DNA of 64,000 nucleotides from NCBI GenBank assembly GCA_040390725.1, contig JAZJXT010000006.1, forward strand, positions 367-64,366, in the 5' to 3' direction. The position numbers and the translations under genes were made by a program. Positions within the stretch are counted from its first letter, which is position 1; every line of letters starts with the position of its first letter. Of this stretch, positions 18,638 through 28,035 are shown in pieces. The notes under the pieces were generated by a model. The model ran no database searches. It had not been told where the DNA came from and saw only the letters and a list, made by a program, of their open reading frames with translations. The stretch comes from Patescibacteria group bacterium (GTDB lineage Bacteria; Patescibacteriota; Minisyncoccia; Phycocordibacterales; UBA9973).

Positions 18638-19909
18638 TTAGTACTCTCTCATTGAGACTTGTGCGTCAACTTTTTTGATGAGGTCTAGGACAACAGAGAC
18701 GACGATGAGAAGAGCCGTACCACCAAGGGCAATAGCGGTGATTCCTGTAGCTGCGCGCATAACGAGTGGGAGGACTGCAATGAGACCCAAGAATGTAGCG
18801 CCCATCATCGTGATGCGATTTAATACTTTTGAAATGTATGCGGAAGTACTTGCGCCCGGGCGAATACCAGGAATAAATGCTCCATTTTTCTGCAAGTTGG
18901 TAGATAATGCTTCCGGATCAAATGTAACTGCAGTGTAGAAATATGTGAAGAGAAAAACCAAAATAAAATACAATACAGAGTATAGCCACGATGTTTGTGA
19001 AAACGACATCAACACATGAGAAATACTCATCAAGATAGGCTTCGTAGAAGTAGCCAAAAATGTGCCGATCATTTGAGGGAAAAGCAAAATAGATAGTGCG
19101 AAAATTATCGGAATAACTCCGGCTTGATTCACACGAAGTGGCAAATAAGTAGAACCACCTCCGTAGACTTTTGTGCCACGAACTTGCTTTGCATAAGTGA
19201 CAGGGATAGGGCGTTCTGCTTCGGTGACAATGACGACACCCGCGATAACTATCGCTCCCATAGCTATAAACAAAAGGTAAAGAGGGATTTGTGAAACATC
19301 AAAAGTAAAAAGAAGTTGACCGATGTGTGTAGGAATACCGGCTACGATACCTGCAAAAATTATTAACGATACTCCATTACCAATACCAAATTCTGACATA
19401 AGCTCCCCTATCCACATAAGTAAAATAGAGCCGGCAACAACTACAATCACATTTGTAACTTGGCCAAAAATACTCAAATCACCCAAGATGTGTTGATTGT
19501 GCAAAAGTGCAAGCAAAGAAAAACCTTGAATCGCAGCCAAAGGAATAGTGATGAGTCTGGAATATTGAGTAAATTTCTTTCTACCTAGTTCACCTTCTTC
19601 ATGATAAAGCTTTTTCAAAGCGGGAATCATGATAGTCAACAACTGCATAATAATAGATGAAGTAATATACGGACCGACACCCAACATTAAAATAGAGAGA
19701 TTGGAAAGTCCTCCACCGGAAAAGATGTTTAAGATTCCAAAGAATTGATTATTATTTAAAAATTGATTTAAGGCTACTGAGTCAATGCCTGGAATAGGAA
19801 TAGCCGCAAGCAAACGAAATACAACTAGAGAACCAAGAACAAACAAAATACGCTTGCGCAATGTAGCATCACTCCAAACTTTTTTTGCTTTAATCCAAAA
19901 ATTTTCCAT
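18638..19909 (-). CDS. secY: preprotein translocase subunit SecY
   Basis: 10-TM protein of 423 aa directly downstream of rplO in the spc-type cluster. Confidence 0.85.
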   Translation of the reverse strand: MENFWIKAKKVWSDATLRKRILFVLGSLVVFRLLAAIPIPGIDSVALNQFLNNNQFFGILNIFSGGGLSNLSILMLGVGPYITSSIIMQLLTIMIPALKKLYHEEGELGRKKFTQYSRLITIPLAAIQGFSLLALLHNQHILGDLSIFGQVTNVIVVVAGSILLMWIGELMSEFGIGNGVSLIIFAGIVAGIPTHIGQLLFTFDVSQIPLYLLFIAMGAIVIAGVVIVTEAERPIPVTYAKQVRGTKVYGGGSTYLPLRVNQAGVIPIIFALSILLFPQMIGTFLATSTKPILMSISHVLMSFSQTSWLYSVLYFILVFLFTYFYTAVTFDPEALSTNLQKNGAFIPGIRPGASTSAYISKVLNRITMMGATFLGLIAVLPLVMRAATGITAIALGGTALLIVVSVVLDLIKKVDAQVSMREY

Positions 19910-19916
19910 ATTGTCT

Positions 19917-20234
19917 TTAATTTCTGACTTTGATCTTACCTCCCTTTAACTTTAGTTCTTTTCTCATAGCAGAGAAACTTTTCTTGTCACCTTTTATCAT
20001 ACTAGCGACTTTTTCTTCTTTTAAAATAATAGCCTTGCGGAAAGATTTAAATCTGTAACCGCGATTCTTTGGCAACTTCTTGATAATGTCTCGAAGTTCC
20101 GGACGGCGCTTGTTACCGGCACGAGCTGTCTGCCCCTTGCCTCCTCGGCCGGAAGTTTTCGCGTGCTTACCCCCGCGTCCTACGATGCGGTCTTTTTTAT
20201 TCTTATGTTCTCTTTTTAAATTATGTGTTTGCAT
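19917..20234 (-). CDS. rplO: 50S ribosomal protein L15 (short form)
   Basis: GRGGKGQTARAGNKRR ... LPKNRGYRF. Position between S5 and secY; no L30 gene in the 18-bp gap to rpsE. Confidence 0.7.
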   Translation of the reverse strand: MQTHNLKREHKNKKDRIVGRGGKHAKTSGRGGKGQTARAGNKRRPELRDIIKKLPKNRGYRFKSFRKAIILKEEKVASMIKGDKKSFSAMRKELKLKGGKIKVRN

Positions 20235-20252
20235 TTTATTTTATTTAAATTT

Positions 20253-20807
20253 TTATTTAACATTAACTGCTTCTTCTTTGCCTGCTATTACAACTGTCTC
20301 TGGAACTGGCTTTGAATATTTAACAGAAACAGGAGCAAAGGCCACCATCACTGCTTTTGCATTGTTCAATTTGTTCTTGCTACCGGATAAAATCTTACCT
20401 GTAACATCCTTAACACCAGCCAATTTTACAATGTCATGAAGTACAGAACCGACGACGAGTCCTCGGCCTTTGTTTGGCATTATTTTAACAGAACAACTGG
20501 AGAACTTGCCGGAAACTTCATGAGGCAAAGATGAAGTCTTTGTGAGTTTCAACTTCACCATATTTTTCTTTGCATTTCGGAGAGCTTTGTTTATGGCTAG
20601 AGCTGTATCGCCTGCCTTACCGAGACCCAAACCAATAGCGCCTTTTTTATCTCCGGCAATAATAGCAACAGAGAAAGAGAAACGGCGTCCTCCTGCGACG
20701 ACACGAGTAACACGACGAATGTCTATGATCTTTTGATCAAATTCAGGCTTTGGTCTGTCGAAAGATGATGACCTGCGATTATTCTTTTTTTCATTTCCTT
20801 TTTCCAT
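20253..20807 (-). CDS. rpsE: 30S ribosomal protein S5
   Basis: Conserved RVTRVVAGGRRFSFSVAIIAGDKKGAIGLGLGKA. Confidence 0.9.
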   Translation of the reverse strand: MEKGNEKKNNRRSSSFDRPKPEFDQKIIDIRRVTRVVAGGRRFSFSVAIIAGDKKGAIGLGLGKAGDTALAINKALRNAKKNMVKLKLTKTSSLPHEVSGKFSSCSVKIMPNKGRGLVVGSVLHDIVKLAGVKDVTGKILSGSKNKLNNAKAVMVAFAPVSVKYSKPVPETVVIAGKEEAVNVK

Positions 20808-20831
20808 ATTTTTGTCTGTATTTTTTATTTA

Positions 20832-21173
20832 TTAAAATTTTAATCCAGCAGCTCGCGCTTCATCAGCTACTAATTTTACACGGCCAGTATATTTGAACCC
20901 GTTTCTGTCGAAAACAACTTGGCTTATTTTCTTTGCCAAAGCATTTGCGCCGATCATCTTGCCTACTTGCTTTGCTCGTTCTATCTTTGTACCTTTTGCA
21001 ATTTTTACATCGCTTGCTTCCGCTAGAGTCTTGCCTGCTGTGTCATCAATAAGCTGCGCGTAAATAAATTTGTTTGATCGGAAAACAGAAAGACGTGGGC
21101 GCTCAATAGTACCCTTCATCTTTGCTCTGATTTTTGCTTTCAATCTTATTCTTTTGTCTTCTTTTTTAATCAT
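20832..21173 (-). CDS. rplR: 50S ribosomal protein L18
   Basis: [20 protein letters not shown]. Confidence 0.85.
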   Translation of the reverse strand: MIKKEDKRIRLKAKIRAKMKGTIERPRLSVFRSNKFIYAQLIDDTAGKTLAEASDVKIAKGTKIERAKQVGKMIGANALAKKISQVVFDRNGFKYTGRVKLVADEARAAGLKF

Positions 21174-21192
21174 ATATTTTTATATAAATTTA

Positions 21193-21726
21193 TTATGCAG
21201 TCTTCTTACCTTGTTTTCGTCTGATGACTTCACCTTCATATCGGAAACCTTTACCTTTGTATGGTTCTGGCTTTTTCATTGCTCGAACTCCCGCAGTGAA
21301 AGCTCCCACTGTTTCTTTATCGCTTCCTGTGACAGTAATAACATTTTTTTCTGCTGTTACTGTAAGTCCTTCCGGTATTTTAACAACAACAGGGTGAGAG
21401 AATCCTAAAGCCAAATTCAAATCTTTTCCTTTTACTTCAGACTTGAAACCCACTCCTTCCAAAATCAATTTCTTTACATAAGGAGTAACAACTCCGGCAA
21501 TCATGTTCTTGATGTGTGAAGCATAAGTCCCCCACAAAGCTTTTGAAAATTTATCATTTCTTTTTACATTTAAAGTAATACTCTTGTCAGCGATTTTTAT
21601 TTCGATATCGTCTCGGAAATTCTTAGTCAAAGTCGCCTTTGGACCTTTCACTGTCAAAACTTCGCCACTTTTTGTGACTGTTACTCCCGCTGGTATTAAT
21701 ATTTCTTGTTTTCCTATTCTACTCAT
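21193..21726 (-). CDS. rplF: 50S ribosomal protein L6
   Basis: MSRIGKQEILIPAGVTV and a two-domain L6 pattern. Confidence 0.85.
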   Translation of the reverse strand: MSRIGKQEILIPAGVTVTKSGEVLTVKGPKATLTKNFRDDIEIKIADKSITLNVKRNDKFSKALWGTYASHIKNMIAGVVTPYVKKLILEGVGFKSEVKGKDLNLALGFSHPVVVKIPEGLTVTAEKNVITVTGSDKETVGAFTAGVRAMKKPEPYKGKGFRYEGEVIRRKQGKKTA

Positions 21727-21735
21727 ATAATTTTA

Positions 21736-22122
21736 TTACGAAATTTTAAATAAAGCCTCACCGCCGACTTGTTCTTTGCGTGCTTGCTTGCCGGACATTA
21801 TTCCCTTTGGGGTCGATAATACCAAGAGCCCCGCGCCATTCTTTACTGTGTGAATATCTTTCATTCCGAAATAAACTCTTTTTGATTGCTTGGAAATTCT
21901 TTCAACTTCGGAAATTCTTGGCTTCTTGTCCACGTAAATCAAATTAACTTCCAAAAGTGGCTGACCTTTTTTTGTCTTCTTGGAAATTTCAGAAACATAG
22001 CCTTCTTTTTTCAAGCATTCAGCAATAGCGTTTTTCATTTTAGAATACGGAAAAGCTACGGACTCGTGTCCTGCTCGGCTAGCGTTCTTCATCATTATTA
22101 ACATGTTTGAAATTGAATCCAT
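21736..22122 (-). CDS. rpsH: 30S ribosomal protein S8
   Basis: Sequence and position. Confidence 0.85.
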   Translation of the reverse strand: MDSISNMLIMMKNASRAGHESVAFPYSKMKNAIAECLKKEGYVSEISKKTKKGQPLLEVNLIYVDKKPRISEVERISKQSKRVYFGMKDIHTVKNGAGLLVLSTPKGIMSGKQARKEQVGGEALFKIS

Positions 22123-22187
22123 AATTTTTGTTTTGTCCCGATGTCGGACATATGGTTACCATATGTCCGACATCGGGACTATTTTCT

Positions 22188-22373
22188 CTACCAACTCGAC
22201 TTGCGGATGCCCGGAAGCATTCCTTCATTTGCTAATTCTCTGAAACAAATACGGCAAAGACCAAAGTCTCTCATGAAGCCATTACCTCGGCCACAACGAA
22301 AACATCGATTTTTCTGTCGACTTGAAAACTTTGGTTTCTTTTTTGATCGTGCTATGACGGATGTTTTTGCCAT
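22188..22373 (-). CDS. rpsN: 30S ribosomal protein S14, zinc-ribbon type (type Z, 61 aa)
   Basis: CxxC...CxxC (CFRCGRGNGFMRDFGLCRIC). L5, L24 and L14 are not upstream; tmRNA is there instead. Confidence 0.85.
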   Translation of the reverse strand: MAKTSVIARSKKKPKFSSRQKNRCFRCGRGNGFMRDFGLCRICFRELANEGMLPGIRKSSW

Positions 22374-22526
22374 AAATAATTAAATTGGGATCTGCCCTGT
22401 TAATATCACGCTCTTTTTCTTTAACCCTTTAAAAACTAAAGAATTAAAGGAGAAAAGCGGATTAATCAAGACCGTATTCCCTTGCCTGCCATACTAGCAA
22501 ATTAGAAATAAATAGTCAAATATTTG

Positions 22527-22923
22527 TGGAACTGACGAGAATTGAACTCGTGTGCAAAAGGTTGTTGCAGAGAAATCGACATGCTTGGCTCATTTTTTTG
22601 TTTAAATTTTAAAATTCTTAAATGAGCAAAATATTTTAAAATCGAGTTCTAAGTTTTCGTGAAATATGCGAACAAATATTTCCTTATCCCGATAATATTA
22701 TGCCTCGTCTCATATATCGGAAGTCTATGAGGGAGACACCAGTTTGGCTTACGCGAAAGCTGGAGCGAAAGCAAAATCATTCATACCGAAGTATGGAGAA
22801 GCTTTTGCAAACGCCTTAGAAGTCAATTTTGCAATTAACATTTGAGCGAATTTTTTCGAGATTACGCTCATGCTCGGCATGCATCAATAGCAAAAGGCCT
22901 TTTGTCTATGCCTTGCAGTCCCC
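22527..22923 (-). ncRNA. ssrA: tmRNA (SsrA)
   Basis: Minus-strand 5' GGGGACUG pairs with 3' CAGUUCC + A (the acceptor stem has a G3-U wobble, the alanine identity element). T-arm acgag-TTCAATT-ctcgt. Internal tag-like reading frame ...gat ttt gct ttc gct cca gct ttc gcg TAA (..DFAFAPAFA*). Immediately adjacent to smpB. Confidence 0.7.
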
Positions 22924-22941
22924 TGTGATGTCATTAAATTT

Positions 22942-23385
22942 TCAACGATCTTTCATTTCTCTTCTGACTTCTCTATCAGTATCGCGTTTCTTTATGCTCT
23001 CACGTTTATCGTATTTTTTCTTTCCTTTAACTAAAGCGATTTCCAGCTTTATTTTTCTATTTTTATTATACACTGAAAGAGGAACGATAGTCAAGTTTGT
23101 TTTTTCATTGTCTGAGAGTTCTTTAATTTCTTTTTTTGTGAGCAAAAGTTTTCTATTCCTCAAGGGGTCATAATCTTTCGGCGCATTTTTTACCTGATAA
23201 GGCGGAACATTTGAATTTATTAAAAACGCCTCACCCCCGCGGACAATAACAAAAGCCCCTTCAAGCGACATTTGCCCTCCCCTGATTGATTTGACCTCTT
23301 GCCCTAAAAGCTCGATACCGCATTCAAACTTTTCCAAGATTTCATAATCAAACCTCGCTTTTCTATTTTCCGCATAATTTGCCAT
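22942..23385 (-). CDS. smpB: SsrA-binding protein SmpB
   Basis: ARFDYEILEKFECGIELLGQEVKSIR ... typical SmpB. Confidence 0.85.
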   Translation of the reverse strand: MANYAENRKARFDYEILEKFECGIELLGQEVKSIRGGQMSLEGAFVIVRGGEAFLINSNVPPYQVKNAPKDYDPLRNRKLLLTKKEIKELSDNEKTNLTIVPLSVYNKNRKIKLEIALVKGKKKYDKRESIKKRDTDREVRREMKDR

Positions 23386-23460
23386 AATTTAATCTTAACA
23401 TAATTTGACATATTTTTTGGGCTTGCTATACTATATATGTTTAATATATAAAAGAAATAT

Positions 23461-23736
23461 ATGACTACACAAGTAATTTTCACCATAGATAGAGATTTAA
23501 AAGACAGGGCGATGCGCAAAGCCCGTTCTTTTGGTCTTCCCTTTTCTTCTGTGTTAAATCTTGCCACGCGCGCTTTTGTGGAAGGAAAAATAAACATAGG
23601 CGTAATTGACACAGAGCCATTTAATGAAAAAACTGTTCGTGAACTCCGCTCCACTCTTTCTGATGTCTCAAAAAATAAAAACCTCTCCCCTCGCTTTTCT
23701 TCCGCCAAGGAAGCTATAGAATATCTAAAAAAATAA
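23461..23736 (+). CDS. relB: RelB/DinJ-family antitoxin
   Basis: N-terminal ribbon-helix-helix-like VIFTIDRDLKDRAMRKARSFGLPFSSVLNLATRAFV; 2-nt gap to the toxin gene. Confidence 0.55.
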   Translation: MTTQVIFTIDRDLKDRAMRKARSFGLPFSSVLNLATRAFVEGKINIGVIDTEPFNEKTVRELRSTLSDVSKNKNLSPRFSSAKEAIEYLKK

Positions 23737-23737
23737 T

Positions 23738-23992
23738 ATGCATATAATTTTCCATCACAGTTTCAAGAAGAAGCTCAAAAAGCTTCCAATGAAAGTAAGG
23801 GAAAATTTCTACGAGCGTCTTTTAGTGTTTGAGGAAAATAAATTCAATCCAATTCTAAACAATCACAGCGTGGAAAATAGATTCCCTAGGTGCCGAAGCA
23901 TAAACATCACTGGTGATTTTCGCGCTATATTTAAAGAAGAAAATGACGCTTGTAATTTCCTAAAAATCGGCACACATTCAGAATTATATTAA
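23738..23992 (+). CDS. relE: RelE/ParE-family mRNA interferase toxin
   Basis: FKKKLKKLP...RSINITGDFRAIFKEEND...IGTHSELY matches the RelE/YafQ-type pattern. Confidence 0.55.
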   Translation: MHIIFHHSFKKKLKKLPMKVRENFYERLLVFEENKFNPILNNHSVENRFPRCRSINITGDFRAIFKEENDACNFLKIGTHSELY

Positions 23993-24075
23993 AAATACTC
24001 GTCAGTTCCACAAAAAAAATGAGCCCACCAATATTATTGGCAGGCTCAAAAATAATTCAAATTTTGTGCTCTCAA

Positions 24076-25287
24076 CTATCCACGAAGAAACTCAAAAACC
24101 TTTTCTTCGGAAAATTTTTGCACAACCTGTTCGGCAAACTTCTTTAAACCACTACCTAAGTAAGCACCATTTCCCTTATACCAATAAGTGCTCTCTGAAA
24201 ATTTATCCAGAGCATTTTTATTGTTGCTAATATGATCAATGGTATTTGCCATCAAATCACAAAGCAGTGGAAAAATACCGCTCCCGCTCCACCTTTTCAT
24301 AACGGTAAAAAACGGAATGTTTTTGTGCATAGTGATAGATAATGGATCAATACCGGCAAGCCATTCTGGGTTCACCCACTCCATCGCTGCAACATGATGA
24401 TACGGTGTTGCAATAAACTCAAGGTCAACCAATTCTCTCAACTGAGGACGAAACTCCAAATAATCGGTAGGAATAGGATCAAGGTTTGGAAAGTTTTTGA
24501 TACCCCTATCTCTACGATTATACATTTGATAGAACCAAGCAAACGATTTTGAACCAACAGCATCACAGATAAATTGCGCACGATCTGAAACGTGTGGGTC
24601 TTCGGCGTTAACTGAATCCTGTAAATCTCCAAAATAGACGACTGGCATCGCAAGGAGAACTTCCGGCAAATTACTATTCGGAAGCACAGTTGGTAACTCA
24701 AAAATGTAACGCTCCCGATTAAAATCAACCTGTAAACCAATCGGCTTCATCAACCTTGCGCCTCGTACCGCATCATTACCTAAAGCAACATACGCCGTAC
24801 ACATAGTATACACAGCGGTAAGATGCTTTTCTTCAAACCTTCCTTTTTCAATCATTAAACCCATAAAATCAAAAACTGATTTAAAGGCGTTAAAGGAAAC
24901 ATGAAGCGCAGCAATGTGTGCTCCTAAGTGTTGCTTCTCCGAAACTCTTTTTGAAATCAAGCTCGTTGCTTCGGCTGGACTTGTATCAAAAGTAATACCC
25001 ATGTCCGCCAGCATCAAAAAATTAGTCTTGAAAAAGGACTCCTTTAAGTTCGGCAACGCTTCACGGAATACAGATGACGATTTAAGTTCGTCTGAAAATG
25101 CCCAACGCGGAATCGTCTCGAGAGGATTGTTTCGAATTGCCTGACTAACTAATTCCGGTGAAGCAAACCTTGGTTTACGATGTAACGTTTGGGACGGATG
25201 CAAGCGAACAACCTGCTCAAGCTCAACAGTGCCGACAGAGAAACCCCCAGGGTTTCTTCCATCTTTTTGTAAAATAAGATCTTTCAT
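24076..25287 (-). CDS. hypothetical protein (403 aa), GC-richer than the neighbours
   Basis: ORF track; no family recognised with confidence. Confidence 0.3.
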   Translation of the reverse strand: MKDLILQKDGRNPGGFSVGTVELEQVVRLHPSQTLHRKPRFASPELVSQAIRNNPLETIPRWAFSDELKSSSVFREALPNLKESFFKTNFLMLADMGITFDTSPAEATSLISKRVSEKQHLGAHIAALHVSFNAFKSVFDFMGLMIEKGRFEEKHLTAVYTMCTAYVALGNDAVRGARLMKPIGLQVDFNRERYIFELPTVLPNSNLPEVLLAMPVVYFGDLQDSVNAEDPHVSDRAQFICDAVGSKSFAWFYQMYNRRDRGIKNFPNLDPIPTDYLEFRPQLRELVDLEFIATPYHHVAAMEWVNPEWLAGIDPLSITMHKNIPFFTVMKRWSGSGIFPLLCDLMANTIDHISNNKNALDKFSESTYWYKGNGAYLGSGLKKFAEQVVQKFSEEKVFEFLRG

Positions 25288-25441
25288 TTTTTTAAAATTT
25301 CAACGAACGCTTACTCTTTAGATTTTCAGCTCCCTCTAAAAAAGTACAAATAAGTACAAATTCAATTATAAGTATATATATATATCAGCATTTGTCAAGC
25401 CCCCTATTACCAACTACTATAAAAAGTGCTAGAATACGATT

Positions 25442-26878
25442 ATGCAAGAAAAGAAGAAATTAAATGTTTCGGGATATAGGGGCGTATGGGGGCAGACTTT
25501 AACTGAAGAAATAGCACGTGGGTATGCTCGAGCTTTTGCACTTTTTACCAAGGAAATTACAGGCAAGGAAAAACCGACAATATTAGTGGGGCGCGATGGA
25601 CGCGCGAGCGGTTCGGAAATAAAAGAAATAATAATTCCTGAATTAGAAAAGATAGGGGCGAGTGTAGTGTATGGCGATGTGATGCCCACACCGACAGTTT
25701 TATTTGCCGTCCGCAAGCACGGCTATGACGGCGCGATAATTATCACTGCTTCACACAACCCTATCGAATACAACGGCCTAAAATTTGTAAACAATAAAGC
25801 GCTTTTTACTATTGAAGATGAAGTTTCTAAAATAGAAAGCTACTACGAAAGCGCGCGAAGCAGTGCTTTTGGAAGCATTGCACAGGCTGGCGAGCCGAGC
25901 ATAGCAATCCGCCAGCAGGCGGATATGCGCGCTGACAAAAATACTGCTTCGCGTGCTGAAACACCAAACTTCTCAAAAGAACACGCGGATAAAATTATCA
26001 CGAACATAAATGTCTCGGCTATTCGCGCAAAGAAATTCAAAGTCGCTGTGGATATGATAAATGCTTCCGCTTGCGTAATGGACCCTTATCTATTTGAACA
26101 ATTAGGTGTAGAACTTATTCCATTAAACAATACTCCAAACGGACAATTCGCGCACACTCCGGAACCACTCAAACAAAATTTAACAGGCATTGCTGAACTC
26201 GTAAAAACTTCCGGCGCTGATTTAGGCTTCGCTCACGATCCAGATGCCGACAGATTATTAATAATAAATGAACTAGGTGAAGTTATTTCCGAAGAATATA
26301 CAGTAGCATTCGGCATTGAAAATATTTTATCAAAAAATTCCGGCAAAAATATCGTAATAAATTTATCAACTTCGCAAATGTCTGCCGACATAGGAAAAAA
26401 ATACAGCAGTAAAACTTTCCGTACAAAAATAGGTGAAGGATATGTCGTCGACGGCATCCTCGCGCACGATGCCATCATCGGTGGTGAAGGCAACGGCGGA
26501 TGCATCTACCCTGCTATAAATACTTGCCGTGATAGCTTCACTAGCTTGGCATTAGTTCTAGAAATTCTAGCGGAAAGAAATCAAACTGTCAGCGAATGCG
26601 TCGCAACTTTACCAAAATACTTTATGAAAAAAGATAAATGGTCGCTCGCCGGACTCAATACTCCCCTTTCCGAAATGTATGAAAAATTAAAATCTGAATT
26701 TAACGACACTATAATAGATGAACAAGACGGCCTGCGCCTAGACTTCCCTGACAGCTCCTGGATTCACATCCGCCCCTCCAACACTGAGCCAATAATACGT
26801 ATATTTGGCGAGGCTAAAGCACAGGAACAAATAGACAAATTATTCAAGCAAACAAAGTTGACTTTGGGGCTACAATAG
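25442..26878 (+). CDS. phosphohexomutase (phosphoglucosamine/phosphomanno/phosphoglucomutase family)
   Basis: The active-site serine loop TASHNP (ITASHNPIEYNGLK) and a four-domain length. Confidence 0.7.
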   Translation: MQEKKKLNVSGYRGVWGQTLTEEIARGYARAFALFTKEITGKEKPTILVGRDGRASGSEIKEIIIPELEKIGASVVYGDVMPTPTVLFAVRKHGYDGAIIITASHNPIEYNGLKFVNNKALFTIEDEVSKIESYYESARSSAFGSIAQAGEPSIAIRQQADMRADKNTASRAETPNFSKEHADKIITNINVSAIRAKKFKVAVDMINASACVMDPYLFEQLGVELIPLNNTPNGQFAHTPEPLKQNLTGIAELVKTSGADLGFAHDPDADRLLIINELGEVISEEYTVAFGIENILSKNSGKNIVINLSTSQMSADIGKKYSSKTFRTKIGEGYVVDGILAHDAIIGGEGNGGCIYPAINTCRDSFTSLALVLEILAERNQTVSECVATLPKYFMKKDKWSLAGLNTPLSEMYEKLKSEFNDTIIDEQDGLRLDFPDSSWIHIRPSNTEPIIRIFGEAKAQEQIDKLFKQTKLTLGLQ

Positions 26879-26924
26879 GATAGTATCTATGGTACCTAAA
26901 GCTTTACGGCTTTTTATATAGAAA

Positions 26925-27431
26925 TTGCGTGAAAGAATAAACAACCAAATACGAGCAAAGGAACTTCGAGTCTTAGACAACGAAAACCAAAACCTCGGTG
27001 TTTTAAGCTTTAAAGAAGCATTAGAAATGGCACAAGCGAGAGGTATGGACTTGATAGAAATAGGTCCAAATAGCAACCCTCCTGTCGCCAAGATAATGGA
27101 TTTCGGCAAATATCAATATGAAGCGAGTAAAAAGTTAAAGAAAGCGAAGGCGGGTGCTAAGTCCACAGAGACAAAATCAATCCAAGTAAAGATAGGCACC
27201 GGTGATCACGACTTGGAGCTCAAAGCAAAAACTGCTTCCAAATGGTTAAAAGAAGGACACAGAATAAAAATAGAACTTTTCCTTGCTGGACGCGCGAAAT
27301 ACATGGATGAAAAGTTTTTGAAAGAACGCTTAGACAGAGTATTACATCTGATTACCGAAGATTACAAAATATCAGACACATATAAAAGAGGACCAAAAGG
27401 ATTATTTATAACAATAGAGAAAGCAAAATAA
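26925..27431 (+). CDS. infC: translation initiation factor IF-3
   Basis: IRAKELRVLDNENQNLGVLSFKEALEMAQARGMDLIEIGPNSNPPVAKIMDFGKYQYE aligns with IF-3. The true start may be a non-ATG codon nearby. Confidence 0.85.
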   Translation: MRERINNQIRAKELRVLDNENQNLGVLSFKEALEMAQARGMDLIEIGPNSNPPVAKIMDFGKYQYEASKKLKKAKAGAKSTETKSIQVKIGTGDHDLELKAKTASKWLKEGHRIKIELFLAGRAKYMDEKFLKERLDRVLHLITEDYKISDTYKRGPKGLFITIEKAK

Positions 27432-27457
27432 TTTAAAAATAAAAAACAAAAAATTTT

Positions 27458-27652
27458 ATGAAAGGAATGAAAACAAATAAATCGTTTGCAAAGAGATTAA
27501 AGCTTACAAAGAATGGAAAGGTTCTTTCCCGTAAAGCAGGCTTTAACCATTTCAATGCAAAACAATCCCGCAATACTCAGCTAGCCGGCCGAAAAGGAAA
27601 TAATTTCGTTATCAAGAACAAGCCGAAAAGTCACTTACTGCCTTTCAGCTAA
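27458..27652 (+). CDS. rpmI: 50S ribosomal protein L35
   Basis: MKGMKTNKSFAKRLKLTKNGKVLSRKAG; infC-rpmI-rplT order. Confidence 0.85.
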   Translation: MKGMKTNKSFAKRLKLTKNGKVLSRKAGFNHFNAKQSRNTQLAGRKGNNFVIKNKPKSHLLPFS

Positions 27653-27681
27653 TAATTTATAAATAATTTTCAAATAATAAA

Positions 27682-28035
27682 ATGACAAGAGTAAAAAAAG
27701 GAGTACACGCATTAAAAAGAAGGAGAAGTGTCTTAAAGCAGACCAAAGGAATGCGTCATGGACGCAGTACTAAAGAACGCCAAGCAAAAGAGGCATTGCT
27801 TCATGCTGGTTCTTACTCTTTCGCTCACCGAAAAGATAAAAAAGGCCACAACAGAACTCTTTGGAATATAAAAATAAATGCAGGTTCTCGTGAACTCGGT
27901 ATGACTTACTCTACACTCATCAGTGCATTAAAAAAGAAAAACATAGAAGTTGACCGAAAGATCCTAGCCGACCTAGCTGAAAACAACCCTGAAACTTTCT
28001 CTAGAATCCTAGCAAGCTTAAAAAAACAAGGTTAA
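27682..28035 (+). CDS. rplT: 50S ribosomal protein L20
   Basis: MTRVKKGVHALKRRRSVLKQTKG... Confidence 0.9.
   Translation: MTRVKKGVHALKRRRSVLKQTKGMRHGRSTKERQAKEALLHAGSYSFAHRKDKKGHNRTLWNIKINAGSRELGMTYSTLISALKKKNIEVDRKILADLAENNPETFSRILASLKKQG

Noticed and set aside
22524-24016. Interpreting the 17-bp inverted repeat alone as proof of a genomic island
   Set aside because: A perfect 17-mer has an expected count of order 0.1-1 in 64 kb at this composition, and the copies are inverted rather than direct. It is kept only as a moderate-interest observation tied to the ssrA context.
25429-25716. 95-aa minus-strand ORF
   Set aside because: It overlaps the start of the phosphohexomutase gene on the opposite strand and has no support.
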